This document shows, piece after piece, positions 38,476-47,297 of a DNA stretch of 57,983 nucleotides (the stretch's first letter is position 1; the number at the start of each line of letters is the position of its first letter). This DNA comes from a virus (Duplodnaviria; Caudoviricetes): the IMG/VR virus record IMGVR_UViG_3300023174_005575, positions 1-57,983 of that record; one strand, written 5' to 3'. The notes under the pieces are model-generated. The model saw only the letters and a program-made list of their open reading frames with translations, ran no database searches and was not told the DNA's origin. A program made the translations under genes and the position numbers.

Positions 38476-39981
38476 ATGTCAGTGGCAGATAAACTAATCA
38501 ATTGTTTCACTTATCAAGGAGAACGTGAATTACTAGAGTTCCGTCTCAAATATCTATATGATAAATTTAATGAATTTGTAATTTCAGAGGCAGATTACAC
38601 ATTATCGGGCAATCCAAGAGAATTTAGCTTAGAGCGTGACCTAGACGAGTTGGGCATTCCCAAAGATAAAATTAAAATAGTTCAAGTTCGTCAAAATGAT
38701 TTGCCCAAATATGGCAAAACAATGGAAGAGCGATATGATGCATTATTTGATATTTTAGGTAAATCAGTATCTCCTAATGCCGTAGTGTTTGCCAATCACA
38801 TAGATGAAGTACCTAACCTTGGATTTATCGATTACTATACTTCCATTAGTTTAGGTACTCCTACACATTGTATTAGACTGCCACTAGCACATCTAAGTGG
38901 GCATATCAATTGGATCCTACAAAGTGCTGCCACTGGCGAAATAGTACAAAATCGTCAAGGATATGTGTGCCGCAGCGAGCATTTTAGAGTACATAGTGTC
39001 AGTGATTTCCGTAGAGAAAAAACTAGGGATGGACGTTGGACTTGGGTCGATGTGCCTAGTTTATACTTACAAGATAATAATTTAATTCAAGATGCTGGTT
39101 GGAAATTCCAATGGATGGGCAGTAATGATAGAAAATGGCAAACTTACATTGATAGCCATTTCTATTGTGAACATAGCAAATTGGGGCATGAACTTAGACA
39201 AAAGTACATGGCTAATTATGTGCCATTAGATGGCTGCCAAGATCCTGTGGCTGTAAGGGGTCATCACTTAAGGCCTTATAACACAGGCAGTGTTCCAAGA
39301 ATAATCTATGATACACCGCATTTGTTCGAATATTTTAGCCCCACGTTCCCAGAAGGTGCTGAAGCTAACTATCAACCATTTAAGTTTGATTTTGAGCACA
39401 TGCCAGCTATTACACTAGGAGCACAGGCTAAAAAACGTATTTGGATCGTTGATGATTTCTATGATGATCCTTATTCAGTACGTGAGTTTGCCATGCGACA
39501 GGACTATTATGATGATCCTGGATACATAGGCAAGCGTACTCGCAAACAATTTTTCTTTCCTGGTCTCAAAGAAAAATTTGAAGAAATCATGGGACTAAAA
39601 ATCTCCAATTGGGAAAGTCACGGAATGAATGGGCGTTTCCAGCACAATGTAGCAGGCGAGTCAACAACTTGGCACACTGATTTTCAACGTTGGGCCGGCC
39701 TAATCTATCTCACTCCAGATGCACCCTTCCAAGCAGGTACTAGAATGGCCGGTTACAAGAAAAATCGTGTAAGACATTGCAGTGATCCTAGGATCATGGA
39801 TTGTTTTAATCAGATCACTTTCTTAGATGGTACATTATATGAAGATGTGGACATTGTAGGTAACGTGTTTAATAGACTGGTAATCTATGATGGCGGGCTA
39901 ATTCATGCTGCTATGGAATATTTTGGAGACAATATCGAAAATTGTAGAATGTGGCACATGTTCTTTTTTGATACTCACTAA
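38476..39981 (+). CDS. Fusion of a degenerate GT17-like glycosyltransferase domain and a 2OG-Fe(II) oxygenase-like domain
   Basis: N: CFTYQGERELLEFRLKYL..FVISEADYTLSG, IDEVP, GWKFQW. C: IVDDFYDDP, HTD, GLIYLTP, NRLVIYD..IH, R..HMFFF. Confidence 0.65.
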   Translation: MSVADKLINCFTYQGERELLEFRLKYLYDKFNEFVISEADYTLSGNPREFSLERDLDELGIPKDKIKIVQVRQNDLPKYGKTMEERYDALFDILGKSVSPNAVVFANHIDEVPNLGFIDYYTSISLGTPTHCIRLPLAHLSGHINWILQSAATGEIVQNRQGYVCRSEHFRVHSVSDFRREKTRDGRWTWVDVPSLYLQDNNLIQDAGWKFQWMGSNDRKWQTYIDSHFYCEHSKLGHELRQKYMANYVPLDGCQDPVAVRGHHLRPYNTGSVPRIIYDTPHLFEYFSPTFPEGAEANYQPFKFDFEHMPAITLGAQAKKRIWIVDDFYDDPYSVREFAMRQDYYDDPGYIGKRTRKQFFFPGLKEKFEEIMGLKISNWESHGMNGRFQHNVAGESTTWHTDFQRWAGLIYLTPDAPFQAGTRMAGYKKNRVRHCSDPRIMDCFNQITFLDGTLYEDVDIVGNVFNRLVIYDGGLIHAAMEYFGDNIENCRMWHMFFFDTH

Positions 39982-40041
39982 TAGCCAATAATAAGGGCTA
40001 CAACACATAAACATGCTAAATTATTAACAAGGAGAAATATT

Positions 40042-40332
40042 ATGGCAGATAACAGATTCGTAGAATTCAAAGCAATTGCAGACACAATGGAAGGTGACTT
40101 CGAGAAGTTTTACGTTAAGGGAGTAGCAGCAGCTGGCACCCGTATTCGTAAGAGCCTACAAGAAATGGCCAAGTTGTGCAAGGAAGTTCGTAAGGACGTT
40201 ACCGAAGTTAAGAATGCTCGTAAAGAAGACAAGCCAGCAGCCAAGCCTTTGGCCAAAGCAGCCTTCAAGACAGCACCAGTAACAGAAACAACCAAAGCTT
40301 CTGTAACCAAGCTTGCAAAGAAAGTAAAATAA
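40042..40332 (+). CDS. Histone H1-like (Hc1-family) DNA-binding protein
   Basis: DFEKFY.KG..AAGTRIRK.LQE..K..KEVR core plus Lys/Ala-rich tail; AAGGAG RBS. Confidence 0.8.
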   Translation: MADNRFVEFKAIADTMEGDFEKFYVKGVAAAGTRIRKSLQEMAKLCKEVRKDVTEVKNARKEDKPAAKPLAKAAFKTAPVTETTKASVTKLAKKVK

Positions 40333-40369
40333 ATATATAATATATTCATTTTAGACTAAGGAGGATAAA

Positions 40370-40669
40370 ATGAAAAAAATATTATTTACAAGTTTATTAG
40401 CTTTCGCGATGCCGGTAATGGCGCAGCATCATCATGGTATGCGCCATTTCGATCATTATCAGCATAGACATTCAAACTGGGGGTGGGTGGCACCTGCGGT
40501 AATAGGCGGTGCAGTTGTGTATGGACTGACCAGACCAGCCCCTGTTGTTATTCAACAACCTCCAGTTTATATTCAACAACCAAATACTGTAATTATTGAC
40601 GGTGTAACTTATGTGCAACAAACAATGATTATCAATGGTGTTGCCCAAGAAGTATTGATTAAACAATAA
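40370..40669 (+). CDS. Small secreted/membrane protein
   Basis: Signal peptide (AMPVMA/Q), His-rich stretch, WVAPAVIGGAVVY, PVVIQQPPVY. Confidence 0.7.
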   Translation: MKKILFTSLLAFAMPVMAQHHHGMRHFDHYQHRHSNWGWVAPAVIGGAVVYGLTRPAPVVIQQPPVYIQQPNTVIIDGVTYVQQTMIINGVAQEVLIKQ

Positions 40670-40679
40670 TAGGAAAATT

Positions 40680-41129
40680 ATGGAAAATTTATATATTGAA
40701 GTAGTGGATGGAAAAATCATTAATCATCCAATTTTTGAATCAAACCTCATTGAGGTATTTCCTGATATTGAATTAAATGACCATGACAAGTACATTCCTT
40801 TTGAAAGAATTCCGCAGCCTGCTATTGGTGTTTTTGAAGTAAATGAAGGGGTTACTTATGAATTTGATGGTCCAAACAAAGTTAAAGATGTTTGGAAAGT
40901 TAGACCCATGACAGCTGAAGAAAAACAGGCTAAGATTGAACATTATCGTGCAATGCAGCCTTACCCAAGTTGGACTTTTGATGAAGAAACTTTAGCTTGG
41001 AGTGCTCCTGTTCCTTATCCTGGAGAAATTCCACAGCCGGGACAAGATGTAACTAATTTAAAAAGATATATGTGGGATGAAGATTCCCTAAGTTGGAAAG
41101 AACTTGATTTAGAAAGTTTAAAAGGTTAA
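40680..41129 (+). CDS. Hypothetical protein (WxAPVPYP...YxWDE motif)
   Basis: 149-aa ORF with AGGA RBS. Confidence 0.7.
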   Translation: MENLYIEVVDGKIINHPIFESNLIEVFPDIELNDHDKYIPFERIPQPAIGVFEVNEGVTYEFDGPNKVKDVWKVRPMTAEEKQAKIEHYRAMQPYPSWTFDEETLAWSAPVPYPGEIPQPGQDVTNLKRYMWDEDSLSWKELDLESLKG

Positions 41130-41130
41130 T

Positions 41131-41517
41131 ATGGCATACTCAACACAGGTAATCGATCACTATGAAAACCCACGCAATGTGGGTAAAATGGATCCTGAAG
41201 ACACTAATGTGGGTACAGGACTTGTAGGAGCACCTGCTTGTGGCGATGTAATGAAGCTACAAATTCGTGTGGAAGATGGCGTTATAACAGATGCCAAATT
41301 TAAAACATACGGATGTGGTAGTGCTATTGCTAGTAGCAGCCTAGTTACTGAATGGGTCAAAGGCAAAACATTAGATGAAGCTGGTACTATTCGTAATACT
41401 GATATTGCACAAGAACTGGCATTGCCACCAGTTAAAATACACTGTAGTATACTAGCAGAAGATGCTATCAAGTCTGCTATTGATGACTATAGAAAAAAAC
41501 ATGTTGACCCTAACTGA
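41131..41517 (+). CDS. iscU: Fe-S cluster scaffold IscU
   Basis: DHYENPRNVG, GAPACGDVM, FKTYGCGSAIASSS, LPPVKIHCS. Confidence 0.96.
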   Translation: MAYSTQVIDHYENPRNVGKMDPEDTNVGTGLVGAPACGDVMKLQIRVEDGVITDAKFKTYGCGSAIASSSLVTEWVKGKTLDEAGTIRNTDIAQELALPPVKIHCSILAEDAIKSAIDDYRKKHVDPN

Positions 41518-41821
41518 AAAGGCAGTAATAAGAGTTAAAGAGCTACTACAGCATAGGGGCAAAGGCCTCGGTATCAAACTGGGTGTAAGAACTAATGGAT
41601 GCTCCGGTATGAGCTATACATTAGAATTTATAGATTTAGTTGATGAAACGCTAGCTATATATGACTGTAATGGTGTTCATGTCTATATGGATCCAAAACA
41701 TACTATATACCTTAAAGGCGTAGAGATGGATTGGGTAACGAAGGGACTTAACTCTGGATTTGAGTTTAACAATCCCAATGAAAAGAGCCGCTGTGGATGC
41801 GGAGAAAGCTTCAGCATATGA
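41501..41821 (+). CDS. iscA: Fe-S assembly A-type carrier IscA; start revised to 41501
   Basis: LTEKA, GCSGMSY, F.NPN...CGCGESF. Confidence 0.93.
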   Translation: MLTLTEKAVIRVKELLQHRGKGLGIKLGVRTNGCSGMSYTLEFIDLVDETLAIYDCNGVHVYMDPKHTIYLKGVEMDWVTKGLNSGFEFNNPNEKSRCGCGESFSI

Positions 41822-42153
41822 AGCCTTGGACCAGAGAAAACACACAGGATTGGATCAACAAGTTAGAAAGTCGTCTAGAGGATATTGATTACTATCTGAG
41901 ACGCACAATAGAATGGTGTGAGGAAAACCAAGTTTATGACGACGAAAAAGTTATGAGCTGTGCCTTTATTACTTGTATATGGGTTAGTCATATGCGTGAT
42001 GAGCCCATTAGTTTTAGTGAATTGGTATCATTTTTAGGGATAGAAGGGTCAGGGTCGGAGGATGATAAGCTATATGATCTTGGCCCAACATTCAAAGACA
42101 TGGATCTTGAGGACATTTTGACCCTATTAGCGGGCAATCTTTCAAAGTGGTAG
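41818..42153 (+). CDS. Hypothetical acidic protein; start revised to 41818
   Basis: ATGA overlap with the iscA stop. Confidence 0.65.
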   Translation: MKPWTRENTQDWINKLESRLEDIDYYLRRTIEWCEENQVYDDEKVMSCAFITCIWVSHMRDEPISFSELVSFLGIEGSGSEDDKLYDLGPTFKDMDLEDILTLLAGNLSKW

Positions 42154-42179
42154 ACACTGACTAATTTAGACTATATACT
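42151..42179 (+). promoter_or_regulatory. sigma70-like promoter
   Basis: TAGACA-17 bp-TATACT. Confidence 0.55.
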
Positions 42180-42211
42180 ATAGCTTGTGTTTTTTACTTT
42201 TGGTGAAAATT

Positions 42212-42607
42212 ATGAGTATGCATTTAGAAGGGCCTTGGCTTAGCACTACGGGTAAGCGTAAGGGCAAACACAAGTTTAAAAATGCCGATGAGGCAAGGAA
42301 AGCGAGAGAGTTGGATGAAAGCTGGAAAGAACTCCAAAAGAAATGGAATGTCGAAGCAGAGGACAAAAAGCGTAATCGTGCGCTCACGGCTCCTGCATTC
42401 AAGCCAGCGCCAACATATTACAGAGGTATGGAGAACCCCCATATTCCCAGCCTCAACAATGGTATAGACACGGGTTCAGCGCTTAAACAGCCTGAAAAAG
42501 TCTATACCGGTTCAAAGATTAAGGGTATTGGTACTATGCATAAGAGCAACGCAGTTCCTATTTTCACCGATGATGAAGCAAGGGACATCGCTCATATGCG
42601 TCGCTAG
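42212..42607 (+). CDS. Basic hypothetical phage protein; start revised to 42212
   Basis: C-terminal YTG..IKGIGTMHKSNAVPIF motif recalled from T4-like phages. Confidence 0.7.
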   Translation: MSMHLEGPWLSTTGKRKGKHKFKNADEARKARELDESWKELQKKWNVEAEDKKRNRALTAPAFKPAPTYYRGMENPHIPSLNNGIDTGSALKQPEKVYTGSKIKGIGTMHKSNAVPIFTDDEARDIAHMRR

Positions 42608-42639
42608 TATTCTTATAATCCCGCGTAAAGGAGAAAAAA

Positions 42640-43170
42640 ATGATACGCATCATAAAAATCTTATTGGTTGCATTAGGATTGGCAGTTGTTGCATGGATTG
42701 GCTATAACGCTATCATGTATAAACTTAACAGTCCAAAAGAAATCAATATCAAAATGACGTCTATTACTGCCGATGTGCGTAATAAACAATTAGAGTGTCT
42801 AGCCAAAAACATTTACTACGAAGCAGGTGGTGAGCCATTTGAAGGCAAAGTGGCTGTGGCACAGGTCACTATTAATCGCAGTGAAAGTGGTCAATTTCCA
42901 CGTGACCTATGCAAGGTCATTTACCAAAAGAACGTGGTATATGAAAAGGTTCTATGCCAATTTAGTTGGTATTGTACAGCACCCAGTGCTAGAACCCCAA
43001 AAAATACCGCAGCCTATAAGGAAAGTGAGATAGTAGCACGACAAGTCTTACTGGAAGGTTTTAGACTGCCCAGTTTGAATAATGCTCTATACTTTCATGC
43101 CAAAAGTCTCAAGCCAGGGTGGGATCGTAAAAAAATAGCCACCATCGGTGGTCATGTTTTTTATCAATAA
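42640..43170 (+). CDS. SleB-like cell-wall hydrolase (Hydrolase_2) with N-terminal TM anchor
   Basis: CLAKNIYYEAGGEP..GKVAVAQVTINR, CQFSW, ALYFHA, IGGHVFY. Confidence 0.9.
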   Translation: MIRIIKILLVALGLAVVAWIGYNAIMYKLNSPKEINIKMTSITADVRNKQLECLAKNIYYEAGGEPFEGKVAVAQVTINRSESGQFPRDLCKVIYQKNVVYEKVLCQFSWYCTAPSARTPKNTAAYKESEIVARQVLLEGFRLPSLNNALYFHAKSLKPGWDRKKIATIGGHVFYQ

Positions 43171-43179
43171 GGAGTTAAT

Positions 43180-43503
43180 ATGAATTTTGGAATTCTACGT
43201 GAATTGGTAAATTTAAAACGAATGCGGGATAGTGTGGTCAATGGTATTGGTCATGCCAGCGCAGAAACTTTGGGTTGGGTTGGTGTGATCCTTATTCATA
43301 TGGCCACTATTCCTACCCTAGTAGCAGTATTGACTGGCTTAACTGAGAAGATGCCGCCCGTGGACATGGTCGGTCTACTTTGGTTGGGCTTGTTCATGTT
43401 CTTTGTGCGTAGTGTCATTGCCAAAGACTTGCTCAATATTATTACAATTGGGTTTGGATTCTTCGTTCAGGCTGGTTTAATGGCCTTAATCATCTTCAAA
43501 TAA
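43180..43503 (+). CDS. Small multi-pass membrane protein (possible holin)
   Basis: Three hydrophobic helices; follows the cell-wall hydrolase. Confidence 0.6.
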   Translation: MNFGILRELVNLKRMRDSVVNGIGHASAETLGWVGVILIHMATIPTLVAVLTGLTEKMPPVDMVGLLWLGLFMFFVRSVIAKDLLNIITIGFGFFVQAGLMALIIFK

Positions 43504-43515
43504 TAAAGGATCGAG

Positions 43516-43800
43516 ATGGATATTAAAGTATCGGGTATTACTTATAAAATACTCACTAAAACTGCCGAGGAAATGGGCGGGCATATTGGATTGGCAAATT
43601 TTAATACACAGGAAATTTGGATTCATCAAAATATGACCCCCCAAACTAAAATGATTGCTCGTTGGCATGAAACTGTACATATTTTGGAAAAGGCATATGG
43701 AGTGAAAATGAGTGAAGAGCAGGTTACTATTTTCACCCATGCATTGATTGCCTTGTTAAAGGATAACCCCGGGATCGTGGATCAATTTGACAAGGAGTAA
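43516..43800 (+). CDS. Small HExxH metallopeptidase-like protein
   Basis: QEIWI...RWHETVH...EEQV. Confidence 0.65.
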   Translation: MDIKVSGITYKILTKTAEEMGGHIGLANFNTQEIWIHQNMTPQTKMIARWHETVHILEKAYGVKMSEEQVTIFTHALIALLKDNPGIVDQFDKE

Positions 43801-43818
43801 TCTATTACTCAAAAAGTG

Positions 43819-43865
43819 TTGACAAAGTCGCTAGGTGATACTATAATAACACTATAGCGACTTTG
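43819..43865 (+). promoter_or_regulatory. Consensus sigma70 promoter embedded in an inverted repeat
   Basis: TTGACA(43819-24)-17-TATAAT(43842-47); CAAAGTCGCTA(43823-33)/TAGCGACTTTG(43855-65). Confidence 0.8.
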
Positions 43866-43888
43866 CTATGACACACAGAGAGGAATAG

Positions 43889-44050
43889 ATGAGTAAGTGG
43901 ATTTTGATAGGTGCTATTATTGTTTTGGCTCCTACCTTTGTTATCAATACCTTTGCCAGCTTTGTAACATTTGCAAGCAATCAAGGTAAGTCATTAGTAA
44001 CTGAAGTGGCTAAAGAAGCCAGTAAAACTGTTCAGGAGGTTTCACAATGA
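43889..44050 (+). CDS. Small membrane protein, 53 aa (not in ORF track)
   Basis: GAGGA RBS; MSKWILIGAIIVLAPTFVINTFASF...; ATGA overlap with the next gene. Confidence 0.7.
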   Translation: MSKWILIGAIIVLAPTFVINTFASFVTFASNQGKSLVTEVAKEASKTVQEVSQ

Positions 44051-44517
44051 AACGAGCACTACTTATTCCTATTATTGCAAGCCTTACAGCCTGCTCCAGT
44101 ATGCAAACAATTGAAGAGCGTAAGACGTATGCTCAACCAGATTGGTATGTGAGCTGTGCCCAAAGTGGTACAGAAGGTTATTTCTGGTGGACCAAAGAAT
44201 ATGCATATGCTTGTGGCGCAGGAGAAAGTGTTTTTGCACAGGCTGCCGAAGAGCAAATGTATGCTATTGCTATGAATAACTTTGCCAAGCGTATTAACAG
44301 CGAAGTCAATAGTGAGACAGAGATTAACTTTGTCAATGACAAAAAGACTACAAGGACTCGTATTTCCTATGCTGTAAAGAACACTACGATTCGTGAGCAT
44401 TTGAATCGTGAGATGGGGCAGTTTACCATGGCAGGACGTCATTATACTTTTGTTCGTCTTAAAATGCCTAAGGCTGTGTTTGATCAACTTATTCAAGAAG
44501 CAAAGGCTGGAAAATGA
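44047..44517 (+). CDS. Lipoprotein (LPP20-like)
   Basis: Lipobox LTA/C; QPDW motif; GGAGG RBS. Confidence 0.75.
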   Translation: MKRALLIPIIASLTACSSMQTIEERKTYAQPDWYVSCAQSGTEGYFWWTKEYAYACGAGESVFAQAAEEQMYAIAMNNFAKRINSEVNSETEINFVNDKKTTRTRISYAVKNTTIREHLNREMGQFTMAGRHYTFVRLKMPKAVFDQLIQEAKAGK

Positions 44518-44852
44518 AATACCTTGGGCTAATTCCTGTGGTATTAGTCGTAAGTTCTTTGGGTTCCGGGTGTGCCAGTACACCCGCTCCTAAAACTGCT
44601 AGGCAATACTGCTATACCAGTCAAGAGATTAAAACTCGCAATAACGAAAAAGTAGATAGTCAAACAACAGTTAGTTGTAATGATGATCCTATTGAACGAA
44701 TTCCCACTAGAGCCATGGGAATTAGCCCTAAATGTTTTGAAAATCCATATCGACATGTTTTGCCCAGTGGGCGTATTATTGAAGGAATGACTTATGCTTG
44801 TCAAAAACGCGATGGTACTTGGGAAACTATTGACGGTGATCGCCTTAGGTAG
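44514..44852 (+). CDS. Putative Cys-rich lipoprotein
   Basis: Hydrophobic leader ending GSG/C; four further Cys; ACQKRDGTW. Confidence 0.65.
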   Translation: MKYLGLIPVVLVVSSLGSGCASTPAPKTARQYCYTSQEIKTRNNEKVDSQTTVSCNDDPIERIPTRAMGISPKCFENPYRHVLPSGRIIEGMTYACQKRDGTWETIDGDRLR

Positions 44853-45189
44853 TGCCCTGCCAGTTCACGCTCAAAATCGTGCAACCGAATCTGTTATTAC
44901 ACTGTATAACATCTTTAACAAGATGTTTGACAGAGCTACGGATGTAGATAAACAAAAGATGCAAGGTGCTGTTTATACAGCATTGAATAATCTAGAAAAC
45001 GGTGAAGAGCTCAAATGGTATAATGACCAAAGTGGAAATCGTGGTACCGTGGAAATCGTAGTTACAACCACGATGAATGGAGAACTGTGTAGACGTTTCT
45101 ATGCTTCCTTTTACACAGATAGAAAAGATCGCCATTTTGAAGCCTGGGCTTGTTATAATGAAAGAAATCGTGCATGGAATGTTTTCTAA
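44794..45189 (+). CDS. Secreted protein resembling the 17-kDa surface antigen (RT0821/Lpp0805-like)
   Basis: Signal peptide (VHA/Q); AL...GE..W.N..SG..G...CR.F...AC...W pattern; start may be 44812. Confidence 0.65.
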   Translation: MLVKNAMVLGKLLTVIALGSALPVHAQNRATESVITLYNIFNKMFDRATDVDKQKMQGAVYTALNNLENGEELKWYNDQSGNRGTVEIVVTTTMNGELCRRFYASFYTDRKDRHFEAWACYNERNRAWNVF

Positions 45190-45202
45190 TAAATAATTCT
45201 AT

Positions 45203-46393
45203 ATGATTCTAGCCCTACTAACTTTTTTTGCAGGAATATCGATATCCACTATAGCTATATACTATTCAGTATTAGGATTGACTAGTATATTTGCGGCGGC
45301 GTTCATGCCCATAGTTATTATGGGCACCGTGTTAGAAGTTAGTAAATTGGTCACCGCATGGTGGCTTAAAGCTAACTGGCAAAGAGCACCTATAGCTCTA
45401 AAAAGTTATCTTTCTTTGGCTGTAGTGGTTCTCATGCTAATTACCAGCATGGGTATTTTTGGCTTTTTAAGCAAAGCCCATAGTGATCAAGGCCTGGTGT
45501 CGGGTGATGTGGCTGCCAAAATAGCAATATATGATGAAAAAATTAAAACAGCCAAAGAAAATATTGAAGCCAGCCGCAAGCAACTTAAACAAATGGACGA
45601 TGCTGTTGAGCAAATCATGGGTCGCTCAACGTCTGAACAAGGTGCTGACAAATCCAATGCTGTGCGTCGAAGTCAGCAAAAGGATCGAGCTGCGTTGGCC
45701 AAGGACATTGAAGCCAACCAAAAACTTATTGCTAGCCTAAATGAAGAGCGAGCACCTATTTCGGCAGAAGTACGCAAGGTCGAAGCAGAAGTCGGCCCAA
45801 TCAAATACATAGCCGCATTATTATATGGTGATAATCCTGATGCCAACTTACTAGAAAAATCTGTAGTTTGGGTAATCTTGACCATTGTGTTTGTATTTGA
45901 TCCATTGGCAGTATTGTTGTTACTGGCTAGTCAAATGAGTTTCCAATGGATCAAGGAAGATCCCAAAGATACGCCACCAGAGGAACCAGTTAGTACAGAC
46001 CCTACTCCAGATCCAGAACCTCCACTGAAACCTGAACCATATAGGCCCAGTTTTAAAAAAGCTAAGTTTGACTACAAGGGAAGTTGGCCTAGCAAAAAGC
46101 CCAAGGTTGAAGAGCCCATAGCGGCCACTATTCCGGAACCAATAGTAGAACCCGTAGTGCCTACATACTTAACTCCTGACAAAAGTTTTTGGGAAAAGCC
46201 AGAAGGATGGGTAACTGTTCCTCCACAAGTTTATATTCCAGAATCGACGGAGGATCATACTACTATGTATGTGACACCTGATGAGGCATTTAAAGGGTTG
46301 CCTACTAGTATAGAACTAACAGCAGTAGTTGATGAACCAATTAAAGACAAGAGTCAACTTCCAGAAGAGGATCAGATCGAAAAAAAAAAGTAG
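45203..46393 (+). CDS. Multi-TM coiled-coil membrane protein with Pro-rich tail; ends in A AAA AAG TAG
   Basis: Three N-terminal TMs, ITSMGIFGFLSKAH, coiled coil, EVGPIKYIA, IVFVFDPLAV. Confidence 0.8.
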   Translation: MILALLTFFAGISISTIAIYYSVLGLTSIFAAAFMPIVIMGTVLEVSKLVTAWWLKANWQRAPIALKSYLSLAVVVLMLITSMGIFGFLSKAHSDQGLVSGDVAAKIAIYDEKIKTAKENIEASRKQLKQMDDAVEQIMGRSTSEQGADKSNAVRRSQQKDRAALAKDIEANQKLIASLNEERAPISAEVRKVEAEVGPIKYIAALLYGDNPDANLLEKSVVWVILTIVFVFDPLAVLLLLASQMSFQWIKEDPKDTPPEEPVSTDPTPDPEPPLKPEPYRPSFKKAKFDYKGSWPSKKPKVEEPIAATIPEPIVEPVVPTYLTPDKSFWEKPEGWVTVPPQVYIPESTEDHTTMYVTPDEAFKGLPTSIELTAVVDEPIKDKSQLPEEDQIEKKK

Positions 46394-46614
46394 CCGCTGA
46401 TAAGGAAGATAGAATTATTCTTGTGGAAGATCAAAGATCCAAAAGAATAGCCTATCTCAAACAACTTCAGAAAGAAGAACTAAAAAAATGGAAAGATGCC
46501 AATGAAGAGGACACAATTAAACGTCAACTTAAATTGAAAAAAATGGGCTTAATTGATCGTCTTCCATGGCAAATTGATGAGTTGGAAGAATTAAAAAAGA
46601 AGAAGACATTATGA
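46390..46614 (+). CDS. Charged reading frame, likely the -1 frameshift extension of ORF 45203 (track start GTG 46423)
   Basis: The -1 frame is open from the A10 run through 46614. Confidence 0.55.
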   Translation, partial: VAADKEDRIILVEDQRSKRIAYLKQLQKEELKKWKDANEEDTIKRQLKLKKMGLIDRLPWQIDELEELKKKKTL

Positions 46615-47030
46615 ATTTAGGAAAAATTAACGTAATTACTCCGCCAGACAAATTGTACAATATGACTCCTAGTTTGTTATTGGTAAAACCAAGTTTGGAA
46701 CTAAAAGAACATTTTCAAAAACAAATAGCAAAATTTCCTAGTGAACTAAATGTATTTGTATTTGGCACTGAAGAAACTGATATTGATTGGTTATTAAGTG
46801 TACACAAGATGTCAGACATTACTGTGATAGATATAGATAATTGCGATGCAGTAACTAAAAGCTTTGTCACATTAATGTTGACATTTCCGGATAGTTACTA
46901 TATGACCAAAGACGAAGTTACTCCATATGGTTTGCTTTCAAAAAATAGGATTTATGATTTTGATTCAATACCATTTTTCATTCTAGTAGAAGAGGATGAG
47001 GAAGATGAACAAGAAGAGGAAGAAGAATGA
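46611..47030 (+). CDS. Hypothetical protein with acidic C-terminus
   Basis: 139 aa; VITPPD, IDWLL; ATGA overlaps at both ends. Confidence 0.7.
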   Translation: MNLGKINVITPPDKLYNMTPSLLLVKPSLELKEHFQKQIAKFPSELNVFVFGTEETDIDWLLSVHKMSDITVIDIDNCDAVTKSFVTLMLTFPDSYYMTKDEVTPYGLLSKNRIYDFDSIPFFILVEEDEEDEQEEEEE

Positions 47031-47254
47031 GCATGTTTCTTGGCAATAAAGTAATCTTAAAAGAATACGAAGATATTAATCGTGCCCTTAGAAGATTCAA
47101 AAACAAAGTTGACGAAAGTGGTTTACTAGACGAACTACGCAAGAGAGAATTTTACGAAAAACCTACCACTGAGCGGAAGCGGAAGCGTGGTGCTGCTATC
47201 AACAGATTTAAGAAGAAATTAGAGAAAGAACAATTACCACCGAAGCTTTACTAA
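47027..47254 (+). CDS. rpsU: Ribosomal protein bS21
   Basis: INRALRRFK..V...G...ELRKREFYEKPTTERKRK. Confidence 0.92.
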   Translation: MSMFLGNKVILKEYEDINRALRRFKNKVDESGLLDELRKREFYEKPTTERKRKRGAAINRFKKKLEKEQLPPKLY

Positions 47255-47275
47255 ACGCAAAAACTCTGTTATAAT
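47247..47275 (+). promoter_or_regulatory. sigma70-like promoter with extended -10
   Basis: TTTACT-17-TATAAT preceded by TGn. Confidence 0.55.
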
Positions 47276-47297
47276 ACAGTTTTTACAGTAGGTAATC

